Assembly: GCA_942493365.1 (NCBI GenBank)
Contig: OW818697.1
Span: 1,634,634 to 1,698,633 of the forward strand
Origin: an uncultured Clostridiaceae bacterium
GTDB lineage: Bacteria > Bacillota > Clostridia > Saccharofermentanales > UBA5734
Direction: 5' to 3'
DNA length: 64,000 nt
A model generated the notes under the pieces. The model did not search any database. It was given only the letters and a program-made list of their open reading frames with translations, and was not told the origin of the DNA. Shown one piece after another: positions 28,723 through 36,956 of the stretch. The first letter of the stretch is position 1. Each line of letters opens with the position of its first letter. Both the position numbers and the translations under genes were made by a program.

Positions 28723-29934
28723 TTATTTCCTCCTGTCGCCGACCTGGCGAACATCACAGTTTAAGACACCATCACTGAGCCAGACATCAATCTGATCGCC
28801 CGCTTTGACCATGGCAGTCGACAGCAGCACGCGATCATTGGCGGCCAGCGTGATCATCCCATAGCCGCGCGATAAAACTTTGAGCGGACTCAAGGAGTCC
28901 AGTTTGCCGGCCAAAATCGAAAACTGCCTTTCAGCCTGCGCCACGCGTGATTGCATGGTTTGCCGCAAAAGCCGCAGCGCACGGTCACCATCCATCCGGC
29001 GACGATCAACAATCTCCAGCGGCTGACGGAAGGCCCGGTTTTGCCGCAGGTTGTCGAGATGCAGTCGCTGTCTTGACAGTCTGCTGCCCAGTGCCTGGGC
29101 CAGGCGACTGCGCATCTGCATCAGCATCAGCTCCTGTTCGCGCCGAACCGGCACAGCCAATTCAGCTGCGACCGACGGCGTTGAGGCCCGGCGGTCGGCG
29201 ACAAAATCGCAGATGGTAAAATCCGTTTCGTGGCCAACCGCGGATATAACCGGAATTTTGGAGGCAAACACGGCGCGCGCCACGATCTCTTCGTTAAAAG
29301 CCCAGAGGTCTTCCATCGATCCACCACCGCGGCCAACAATCAGGACATCCGCCTGACCGAGGCGGTTGAACCGCTCAATCGCCGCGGCAATGCTGGCGGC
29401 GGCACCTTCGCCCTGAACCTGGACCGGCATCAACTGCAGGTGAAAATTGGGGAAGCGGCGGGTCAGCACCTGGATGATGTCGCGAATGACAGCGCCAGAT
29501 GGCGACGTCACAACACCGATGGTGCGCGGCAACAGCGGCAGCGGCTTTTTGCGCTCCGGGTCAAACAGTCCCTCAGTTTCAAGTTTTTTCTTGAGCTGTT
29601 CAAAGGCCAGATACAAATCGCCCAAGCCATCTGCCGTCATGTCGCTGACATAAAGCTGGAATTTGCCGTCACGATCATAGACCGATGCTTTGGCCGTCAC
29701 AATCACCTTGAGGCCGTCGGTCGGTTTGAACCGCAGGCGGGTGGTCTGCCCTTTGAACATAACGCAACTGACGGATGCTTCTTCGTCTTTTAATGAAAAA
29801 TATAAGTGCCCCGAGGCATATGATTTGAAGCCTGAAATCTCACCCTTGACCAGAACAGGGTTAAGAATGGCATCGCGCTCGAGCAAACCCGCGACATACC
29901 GATTGAGCTGGACAACCGAAATCGGCTGGCTCAT
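28723..29934 (-). CDS. xseA: exodeoxyribonuclease VII large subunit
   Basis: N-terminal OB fold (VKGEISGFKSYASGHLYFSLKD), RGGGSMEDLWAFNEE, and VISAVGHETDFTI. Confidence 0.9.
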   Translation of the reverse strand: MSQPISVVQLNRYVAGLLERDAILNPVLVKGEISGFKSYASGHLYFSLKDEEASVSCVMFKGQTTRLRFKPTDGLKVIVTAKASVYDRDGKFQLYVSDMTADGLGDLYLAFEQLKKKLETEGLFDPERKKPLPLLPRTIGVVTSPSGAVIRDIIQVLTRRFPNFHLQLMPVQVQGEGAAASIAAAIERFNRLGQADVLIVGRGGGSMEDLWAFNEEIVARAVFASKIPVISAVGHETDFTICDFVADRRASTPSVAAELAVPVRREQELMLMQMRSRLAQALGSRLSRQRLHLDNLRQNRAFRQPLEIVDRRRMDGDRALRLLRQTMQSRVAQAERQFSILAGKLDSLSPLKVLSRGYGMITLAANDRVLLSTAMVKAGDQIDVWLSDGVLNCDVRQVGDRRK

Positions 29935-30332
29935 GCGCCGACTCCGCTGAGACGGCCCAGCACGGCATTGATGTAAGAGCGCGATTCTTCGCTGCTGTAT
30001 TTTTTGGCCAGCAAAACAGCTTCAGAAATCGCGACGTTCTCTGGAACTTCATCAACAAAAAACATTTCGAATACGGACAGACGGATGATGATCAGGTCGA
30101 CCTTGGGCAAACGATCCTTGGTCCATCGTTTAAGAAAGGGTGAGAACCTGGCGTCAAGATCGTCCGCATTCTGACGAACACCCCTGACCAACTGCGTCAT
30201 GTATTCGATTTCCTTTTCTGTCACTTCTCGGTCTTCAATGAACGAAAGGATTTGGGCATCTTCATCGCCCTTTTGCATTTCAAGCTGATACAACAGCATG
30301 AATGCCTTTTCGCGAGCATCGCGTCGGCTCAT
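29931..30332 (-). CDS. nusB: transcription antitermination factor NusB
   Basis: MSRRDAREKAFMLLYQLE... and ...RSYINAVLG, typical NusB termini. Confidence 0.9.
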   Translation of the reverse strand: MSRRDAREKAFMLLYQLEMQKGDEDAQILSFIEDREVTEKEIEYMTQLVRGVRQNADDLDARFSPFLKRWTKDRLPKVDLIIIRLSVFEMFFVDEVPENVAISEAVLLAKKYSSEESRSYINAVLGRLSGVGA

Positions 30333-30343
30333 GTGGATCCCCC

Positions 30344-30580
30344 TTACCGGAACATGCCCGGCGGCAAAATTTTGTCTAGAAGATCGCGGAAAGCTTCGCG
30401 GTTTCTAAAATATCGAATACCCAGAATATAGCCTATAACGGTGAAAAGGATGAGAAACAGGGTTTGAAAAAAACCAAAAAGTATCAGTGAAAGCGCCAAG
30501 GCAAAACCGACGACAGCACCGATCGCCCCCGGGTTTCTACCCCGCAGACCCTCCAGAAATTGCTGCCAAAACGATTTCAT
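30344..30580 (-). CDS. small two-TM membrane protein (DUF2273-like)
   Basis: 78 aa with two hydrophobic helices. It lies downstream of the Asp23/AmaP pair, as in other Firmicutes. Confidence 0.55.
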   Translation of the reverse strand: MKSFWQQFLEGLRGRNPGAIGAVVGFALALSLILFGFFQTLFLILFTVIGYILGIRYFRNREAFRDLLDKILPPGMFR

Positions 30581-30586
30581 GGCCGC

Positions 30587-31138
30587 TTACCGCTCGATGC
30601 GCGCGGCGACAGGCTCGACGCGAACAACGCGGACAACCACCTGCGCAACAGGGATGCCCGTATAACGTTCAATGTCTTTTTTGATTCGATCCTGGACCTT
30701 GGCCATCATCACGGGCACTTCAACATCCGAATACAAAACGGCGCTCAATTGAACATTGATTTTGTCACCCTTCGACGGCGCGACGCGGGCTCTGGCCGAT
30801 TTGATGCCGCACTGCGCCGACTTGGCCGCGTTGAGGGCGATGCTTTCAATGGCATCGACACCGATGTCGATGTTGCCGATATCGGTGCTGCGGATGCGCG
30901 AACGACGCAGGCGGCCGCTCATAATCCCGTAAACGATGGTCGCGACGCACAAAGCCAGCACGACCAACGAGAGGATGATGACCACGGCATTGTAAGGCGC
31001 TTTGTCAGGCAAATAGGTCATCAGCTGGAGAACGCCGCCAAGCACTGCGTTATCAATCATCATCATGAAAAACACAAAGGCAAAAACAGCTACGATAAAA
31101 GCAAAAACAATCAGGGAATAACGGACAAACTGATTCAT
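30587..31138 (-). CDS. amaP: alkaline shock response membrane anchor protein AmaP-like
   Basis: Two N-terminal TM helices and a C-terminal Asp23-like fold. ATGA-type overlap with the Asp23 gene upstream. Confidence 0.6.
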   Translation of the reverse strand: MNQFVRYSLIVFAFIVAVFAFVFFMMMIDNAVLGGVLQLMTYLPDKAPYNAVVIILSLVVLALCVATIVYGIMSGRLRRSRIRSTDIGNIDIGVDAIESIALNAAKSAQCGIKSARARVAPSKGDKINVQLSAVLYSDVEVPVMMAKVQDRIKKDIERYTGIPVAQVVVRVVRVEPVAARIER

Positions 31139-31512
31139 TTTTTGTCTTCCTCTCTGGCGATAACCCCTTTGACATGAACATTGACGGTTTCGACGATCAG
31201 CCCGGTGTATTTTTCAACGTCCGATTTAACTTGCTCCTGGAGGCTCCAGGCGACTTCCGGAATGATGTTGCCATAGAAGATGATCGGATAAACGGTGATG
31301 CCGACAATCTCTTCGCTGCCTTCATGAAAGACAACTTTGACCCCCTTGCCTTCATGTTCAACACCAATGGACTCTTTTATTGATGCGGCGGCGCTGGTTT
31401 CCAATCCGGCCACACCAGGGGTCTGCATGGCCGCTTCTGCGGCATACTGGGCAACGAACCCTCTTGACATGGTCCGCTCGCCCTTGATCGAAGCCTGCGG
31501 ATAATCGCTCAT
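31135..31512 (-). CDS. Asp23/Gls24 family envelope stress protein
   Basis: IAAEAAMQTPGVAGL...GVKV...V...G..I.EVA..LQEQVK..VE..TGL.V..VNV.V pattern. Confidence 0.85.
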   Translation of the reverse strand: MSDYPQASIKGERTMSRGFVAQYAAEAAMQTPGVAGLETSAAASIKESIGVEHEGKGVKVVFHEGSEEIVGITVYPIIFYGNIIPEVAWSLQEQVKSDVEKYTGLIVETVNVHVKGVIAREEDKK

Positions 31513-31521
31513 GGCGCGAAA

Positions 31522-32079
31522 TCAGGCTCTTTCCATATAATCGCCGGTGCGGGTGTCGACTTTGATCCGTTCACCCTGATTGACGAAGAGGGGGACTTTG
31601 ACGACAGCGCCGGTTTCGAGCGTGGCATTTTTGGTGGCATTTTGCGCGGTATCGCCCTTGACGCCGGGCTCGCAGTCGGTGATTTCCAGTTCGACGAAAA
31701 TCGGCGGTTCAACGGCAAAAACCTGGCCTTTGTACGACAGCACTTTGCAGATCATTTCCTCTTTGAGAAATTTCATCGCGTCGCCCAGCGCTTCAGCTGT
31801 AAAGGGGATTTGCTCAAAGGTATTGATGTTCATAAAGTGATAAAGATCACCGTCGTTGTAGAGGTAGGTCATATCAGCACGGTCGAGCTGCGCTTTTTCG
31901 AATTTCTCATTGGGGTTGAAGGTGCGCTCGACAACAGCTCCGGTTCTGGCGTTGCGATACTTGGTACGAACAAAGGCCGAACCTTTGCCGGGCTTGACAT
32001 GCTGAAATTCAATGACTTGAAAAACATTGCCATCCATCTCAAAGGTGACGCCATTGCGAAACTCACCTGCGCTGATCAT
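31522..32079 (-). CDS. efp: translation elongation factor P
   Basis: MISAGEFRNGVTFEMDGNVFQVIEFQHVKPGKGSAFVRTKYRN is canonical EF-P. Confidence 0.95.
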   Translation of the reverse strand: MISAGEFRNGVTFEMDGNVFQVIEFQHVKPGKGSAFVRTKYRNARTGAVVERTFNPNEKFEKAQLDRADMTYLYNDGDLYHFMNINTFEQIPFTAEALGDAMKFLKEEMICKVLSYKGQVFAVEPPIFVELEITDCEPGVKGDTAQNATKNATLETGAVVKVPLFVNQGERIKVDTRTGDYMERA

Positions 32080-32163
32080 AAAGTAATTACCTCCAATATT
32101 GCCTCATCCATGTTTGATGATGGTCAAATTCTTTCCTATTTTAGTCTATTATAATATAGACCG

Positions 32164-33036
32164 TCAAGAGAAGCGACTCTTATCCAGGTATTCCTGATAC
32201 ATCTGCTGCATTTGCGCAGCGTCTTTGGCCTGGGTCTCGTCGGATTCACAAATAATGATCGGATCCAGCTGCATTTCCACCATGACCTGGGCGAATGGCT
32301 CGAAATCCGGACCATATTCCAGATCGGACAGTTTGTGGTGCATTTTTTCACCACCGGCTGTGAATTCAATGCGGCTGAAATGGACATGCATGATCTTGAC
32401 ACGAGCCATGCCGACACCGTCAGCCAGGGTTTGGCAGACCTGCCGGAAGTCGGCCGCGGTCTTCAAACCGCCTTGCGTGCGGGCATTGTAATGGCCAAAA
32501 TCGACACAAGGGATCAGTCGGTCGTCCAATCGGCAGAGCGCGATCACCTCTTCGAGATTGCCCAATTGATTGTTCTTCCCCATCACTTCCGGGCACAGCG
32601 TGCAATCCTGCATCAGCTTCAGGTCATCAGCGGTCCGGATCGCCTTGCTCAGCAGGCCGATGGCCAACTGCAGCGCAGCTTCGCGGCTGCCGGCCTGGGC
32701 CGCGCTGCCGGGGTGGACGATCACCCGGACGGCGCCCATGTGCTGCGCCGCCTGCAAACTCTCGATGATGTAGCCAATGGTTTTGTCCTGCTTTTCCGGA
32801 TCAGGACTACCCAGATTGATATAATACGGCGCATGCAGACTGAGCTGGATCTGATGGGCAACAGCCGCTTCGCCGAGCAGCCGGGCATGGTCAGCGCCGA
32901 TGTTGACACCGCGGCCGCATTGGTATTCATAGGCTGACAGGTTTTGCGCCGCCAGCCAGGCTGGCATATCAACCGACGATTTTAACCCGGCATCATAAAA
33001 CGCCTGCGGATTGCCGGCTGGACCAAATTTCGGCAT
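32164..33036 (-). CDS. xylose-isomerase-like TIM-barrel protein (AP endonuclease family 2 / endonuclease IV-like)
   Basis: MPKFGPAGN...LSAYEYQCGRGV..., H..YYINL, VHPG, FGH and CESD metal-ligand-like motifs. Confidence 0.65.
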   Translation of the reverse strand: MPKFGPAGNPQAFYDAGLKSSVDMPAWLAAQNLSAYEYQCGRGVNIGADHARLLGEAAVAHQIQLSLHAPYYINLGSPDPEKQDKTIGYIIESLQAAQHMGAVRVIVHPGSAAQAGSREAALQLAIGLLSKAIRTADDLKLMQDCTLCPEVMGKNNQLGNLEEVIALCRLDDRLIPCVDFGHYNARTQGGLKTAADFRQVCQTLADGVGMARVKIMHVHFSRIEFTAGGEKMHHKLSDLEYGPDFEPFAQVMVEMQLDPIIICESDETQAKDAAQMQQMYQEYLDKSRFS

Positions 33037-33057
33037 AGGGATTCACCTCCGTGACAG

Positions 33058-33570
33058 TCATTTTGAATTCATTTTGTAGCGGCGCAGGAGTATTTTCTCA
33101 ATCCGGCGTTTGAGGCGAACATTCCAGACTTCCTCTGGAAAGCGCGGCCGGACCAGAATGGCCCGGCAACCCGCCCGGTGCGCCGCCATCATATCGGTCA
33201 GCAACTGGTCCCCGATCATGACGGTTTGACTGGCCGCAACGCCCGCTTTGCCGAAAGAGCGCTTCAGGGCCTTCGTCGAAGGTTTGTTGGCCAAGGCTTC
33301 ATAGGGCAACCCGAGCGACGCGGCATACTGCTGAACGCGGTGCGGGGCGGCATTGGACACGATACTGCAAACCAGCCCGGCCTGCTGGATGCGCGCAACG
33401 GCGGTGCGGGCAAATTCGTCAGCCTCATGCGATCCGTGTCTCGCCAGCGTGTTGTCGATATCCAACATCACCAGCCGAAATGCCTGGTTGGCCAAGGCCG
33501 AAAAATCGATTTCCAGCAAATCTTTATAGATTTCATCAGGCTTGATCAGCCTGTCCAATATCTTGATCAT
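33058..33570 (-). CDS. yqeG: YqeG-family HAD-IIIA phosphatase
   Basis: The LDIDNTL catalytic motif, SNA and the GDQLLTD motif. The start is set to ATG 33570 (MIKILDRLIKPDEIYKDL), because the longer ORF to 33645 would run into the divergent aspartokinase promoter. Confidence 0.75.
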   Translation of the reverse strand: MIKILDRLIKPDEIYKDLLEIDFSALANQAFRLVMLDIDNTLARHGSHEADEFARTAVARIQQAGLVCSIVSNAAPHRVQQYAASLGLPYEALANKPSTKALKRSFGKAGVAASQTVMIGDQLLTDMMAAHRAGCRAILVRPRFPEEVWNVRLKRRIEKILLRRYKMNSK

Positions 33571-33635
33571 ATTGATAGTATCTTGGTTTTTTAAGCGATC
33601 GTCAACTATTAAGCCATTAAAACTGTGGATTTTTG

Positions 33636-33664
33636 TTGAAATCAAAGCACGCCTTGTCTATAAT
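33636..33664 (+). promoter_or_regulatory. candidate sigma-70-type promoter of the aspartate kinase gene
   Basis: TTGAAA (33636-33641), 17-nt spacer, TATAAT (33659-33664). It sits 25 nt upstream of GGGGGAG-N7-ATG 33690. Confidence 0.5.
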
Positions 33665-33689
33665 TGGATTGTTTAAGGGGGAGTCAATC

Positions 33690-35042
33690 ATGAAATTATG
33701 CAAGTTCGGGGGATCATCGCTCGCCAATGCCGAGCAGATCCGCAAAGTATGCGATATTATGCTCAGTGATCCGGATCGTCGGATCATGGTTGTTTCCGCC
33801 CCTGGCAAACGCACACGTGAGGACACCAAGGTCACCGACCTGCTCATTACGCTGGCCAATGCCCGCATCAACGGCAATAACGGCTGCGGTGAGCTGCAGG
33901 CCGTCGTCTCGCGTTTCGCCGTCATCGCCGATGATCTGGGCTTGTCATCAGCATGTATGACCGCCATTGAGGATGACCTGACGGCTCGCACCAATGCTGA
34001 CTGCTCCAATGCCATGAAATACATGGATTCACTCAAAGCCGCCGGCGAAGACAACTGCGCCCGTCTGGTCGCCGATTACCTCAAAAGTCTGGGTCGCGAC
34101 GCAGCCTACTTCAACCCACAGGCGGCCGGCCTGTTGCTGACCGAAGAATACGGCAATGCGCAGGTTTTGCCCGAGTCCTACGACAACCTGGCCAAGCTGG
34201 CCGATTACCCTGGGCTGGTCATCTTCCCGGGCTTTTTTGGCTACACCAGGCAGGGCGAAGTCGTCACCTTTTCCCGCGGCGGCTCTGACATCACCGGTTC
34301 AATCCTGGCCGCAGCCACCAACGCTGACGTCTATGAGAACTGGACCGATGTTGATTCGGTGTATGCCGTCAATCCTGCGCTGGTCAACAACCCGCACCCG
34401 ATCAATGAAATTACGTATGACGAAATGCGCGAGCTTGCTTATGCCGGCTTTACGGTACTGCACGAAGAAGCCTTGGCGCCGGCCTTTCGCAAGGGCATTC
34501 CGGTCAATATTCGCAACACCAACAATCCGACAGCTCGCGGCACGATGATCGTCCGCCAGCGCTTCAATTTCGAGGGCGTCGTCACCGGCATCGCCGGCGC
34601 CAAAGGCTTTTGCACCCTGACCATGAGCAAGTATCTGATGAACCGTGAGATCGGCTTTGCGCTGAAGATTCTGCAGATTCTGGCCGACGAAGGCATCCCC
34701 TTCGAGCACATGCCTTCCGGCATTGATTCGCTGTCGATTGTCATGCGCAAAGAAGTCTTCCCGCTGGACAAGCAGGAGATCGTCATGAAGCGGTTGGTCG
34801 ATGAACTGGGTATTGAAAAAATCTCCGTCGATCGCAGTCTGGCCATCGTCATGATCGTCGGCGAAGCCATGGCGCGGACGGTCGGCGTCACGGCGCGGGC
34901 CTGTAATTCGCTGTCCAAAGCCGGCGTCAATCTGGAGATCATCAACCAGGGTTCGTCCGAGATCAGCGTCATGTTTGGCGTTCGCGAGGAGTACTGCAAT
35001 TATGCTGTCAAGGAACTCTACAAGGAGTTCTTCCAGCGCTAA
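33690..35042 (+). CDS. aspartate kinase
   Basis: MKLCKFGGSSLANAEQIRKV and VVSAPGKRT form the amino-acid-kinase fold. The C-terminal ACT repeats include IVMIVGEAM. Confidence 0.9.
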   Translation: MKLCKFGGSSLANAEQIRKVCDIMLSDPDRRIMVVSAPGKRTREDTKVTDLLITLANARINGNNGCGELQAVVSRFAVIADDLGLSSACMTAIEDDLTARTNADCSNAMKYMDSLKAAGEDNCARLVADYLKSLGRDAAYFNPQAAGLLLTEEYGNAQVLPESYDNLAKLADYPGLVIFPGFFGYTRQGEVVTFSRGGSDITGSILAAATNADVYENWTDVDSVYAVNPALVNNPHPINEITYDEMRELAYAGFTVLHEEALAPAFRKGIPVNIRNTNNPTARGTMIVRQRFNFEGVVTGIAGAKGFCTLTMSKYLMNREIGFALKILQILADEGIPFEHMPSGIDSLSIVMRKEVFPLDKQEIVMKRLVDELGIEKISVDRSLAIVMIVGEAMARTVGVTARACNSLSKAGVNLEIINQGSSEISVMFGVREEYCNYAVKELYKEFFQR

Positions 35043-35221
35043 AACCCGCGTTCTGTCGATATTCGATATCGTATATCGTTACAAATACCATTTCGTAACC
35101 CATCCTTCGTGTGCTCGCGTTGGGGTGGCTTATATTTGGCGCAATTGTAACGTGTGATATCGCAAAATACGTGAATCAATTGTAATTTGAAAGCATCAAT
35201 AATCATCAGGAGGAAAGTGAA

Positions 35222-36001
35222 ATGGAAACAAATCTGTTGAAATTGAAACGTTTTAACCTGATTATGGGCTTCTTTCATCTGATCCAGGGTATCGCGATGC
35301 TTTTTCTGGCCACAACGGTCATCCAGAAAATTGCGGCGTTTCAGCCGACCATTGTGCAGAATTTTCTAAAATTCGATGTGGCCAGCAAGACGCTGGTTCC
35401 CGATACCAAAGTCTTGTTCGACCTGCCCTTCGGCATTCTGGTCGCTTCATTTTTACTGATCTCAGCCGCCGCTCACGCTTTAATCGTCATCAAAAGCGAC
35501 AAGTATCTGGCTGATATCCAAAGGGGTATCAACAAGTATCGCTGGTTTGAATACGCCATCAGTTCATCGATCATGATCGTCCTGATTTCGACCTTGTTTG
35601 GCATCTATGACATCGCGACGCTGGTTGTCATTTTCATCGCCAACGCGACCATGAACCTCTTTGGTTTGGTCATGGAGCAGCTCAATTCTGGCGTCGATAA
35701 GAAGAACGTCAACTGGGGTCCTTTCATTTGGGGATCGATTGCCGGCCTGGCGCCCTGGATTGCCATCCTCTTGTATATGTTCGGCAACGGCAATTTTGAC
35801 AGAACACCCTGGTTTGTCTGGGCCATCGTCGGCACCTACTTTGTCGCGTTTTGTACCTTCCCGATCAACATGATCCTCCAGTACAAAGGCATCGGCAAAT
35901 GGAAAAATTACGCTTATGGTGAGCGGACCTACATCGTGCTGAGCCTGGTCGCCAAATCGCTTCTGGCCTGGCTGGTGCTCTTTGGGGCGATGCAGCCTTA
36001 A
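35222..36001 (+). CDS. heliorhodopsin (retinal-binding 7TM protein)
   Basis: 259 aa with seven hydrophobic helices. FNLIMGFFHLIQG, SAAAHALIV, YRWFEYAISSSIMIVLI and GERTYIVLSLVAKSLLAW closely parallel the remembered HeR-48C12 segments (GVFHLLQ, FHFIV, RWVEYSLSSSVMIVLI, GERAYIVLSLVAKSALAW). The TM7 Lys is K245 (35954-35956). An AGGAGGA RBS precedes the ATG. Confidence 0.85.
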   Translation: METNLLKLKRFNLIMGFFHLIQGIAMLFLATTVIQKIAAFQPTIVQNFLKFDVASKTLVPDTKVLFDLPFGILVASFLLISAAAHALIVIKSDKYLADIQRGINKYRWFEYAISSSIMIVLISTLFGIYDIATLVVIFIANATMNLFGLVMEQLNSGVDKKNVNWGPFIWGSIAGLAPWIAILLYMFGNGNFDRTPWFVWAIVGTYFVAFCTFPINMILQYKGIGKWKNYAYGERTYIVLSLVAKSLLAWLVLFGAMQP

Positions 36002-36014
36002 TGGCAGGTTAGTG

Positions 36015-36956
36015 ATGAATCAGGCATTTTTCAAAGGACGGCACAAGCACAAGCGCTATTTTGAGGGCTGGTATTTTAAGTGTATCAGCGCGGATCGGCA
36101 GCATGCCATCGCCATCATCCCGGGCATGGCCATCGATCCCCTGGGCAACAAACATGCCTTTATTCAGGTGATCAACGCGGTCAATGGCAAAACGGCGTAT
36201 CACCATTTCCCCTATGCCGACTTCGCCTCGCCAACCGATCGGTTTGCCATCCGCATTGGCAGCAACACCTTTGCCGATCAGGGCTTATCCTTGGCCATCG
36301 ACTCACCGGAGGGCCAAATCAAAGGCTCGCTGATATTTTCCAATATCCATGCTTTCCCTGTTTCACGCTTGAATCCCGGTATCATGGGACCCTTTACCTT
36401 TGTGCCGATTATGGAATGCTACCACGCGATTATTCATCTCGATCACGCCATTTCAGGTACGATCGAACTGGATGGTGAGCTGATGGATTTTAACGGTGGG
36501 GCTGGCTACATCGAAAAGGATTACGGCCGTTCATTTCCGCGCACCTACCTTTGGCTGCAGGCCAGCCATTTTGATTCGAGTCATGCCTCATTTGTTTTCT
36601 CGCAGGCGCGGATCCCCCTGCTCGGTCGGGAATTCCCTGGATTTTTCGCCTATTTCACAGATTTTGCCGGCCAAACCGTGCGCTTTGCGACCTACAATCG
36701 CTCGCGGCTGGAAAACTGGCAGGTCGATCCCATCGCCCGCACCTGCTCGGGACTGCTGCGCGGACCGCAAGGCAGCCTGACTTTTGCGGCAAAAATGATC
36801 GGCGGCGGCAAGCTACGAGCGCCGGTCGACGGCCTGATGGATCGCGAAATCATCGAAAGCATCACGGCGATCGTCAACCTTCGGCTGACCGATCGGCAGG
36901 GGCGGGTTATCTTTGCCGGAACCAGCACCGAAGCGGGTATGGAGATCAGTTGCTGA
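36015..36956 (+). CDS. tocopherol cyclase family protein
   Basis: KRYFEGWYFK and MECYHAIIHLDHAISGTIELDGELMDFNGGAGYIEKDYGRSFPRTYLWLQASHF parallel plant VTE1 ([63 protein letters not shown]). The ATG is 13 nt after the heliorhodopsin stop (the ORF-track start 35982 is probably too long). Confidence 0.8.
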   Translation: MNQAFFKGRHKHKRYFEGWYFKCISADRQHAIAIIPGMAIDPLGNKHAFIQVINAVNGKTAYHHFPYADFASPTDRFAIRIGSNTFADQGLSLAIDSPEGQIKGSLIFSNIHAFPVSRLNPGIMGPFTFVPIMECYHAIIHLDHAISGTIELDGELMDFNGGAGYIEKDYGRSFPRTYLWLQASHFDSSHASFVFSQARIPLLGREFPGFFAYFTDFAGQTVRFATYNRSRLENWQVDPIARTCSGLLRGPQGSLTFAAKMIGGGKLRAPVDGLMDREIIESITAIVNLRLTDRQGRVIFAGTSTEAGMEISC

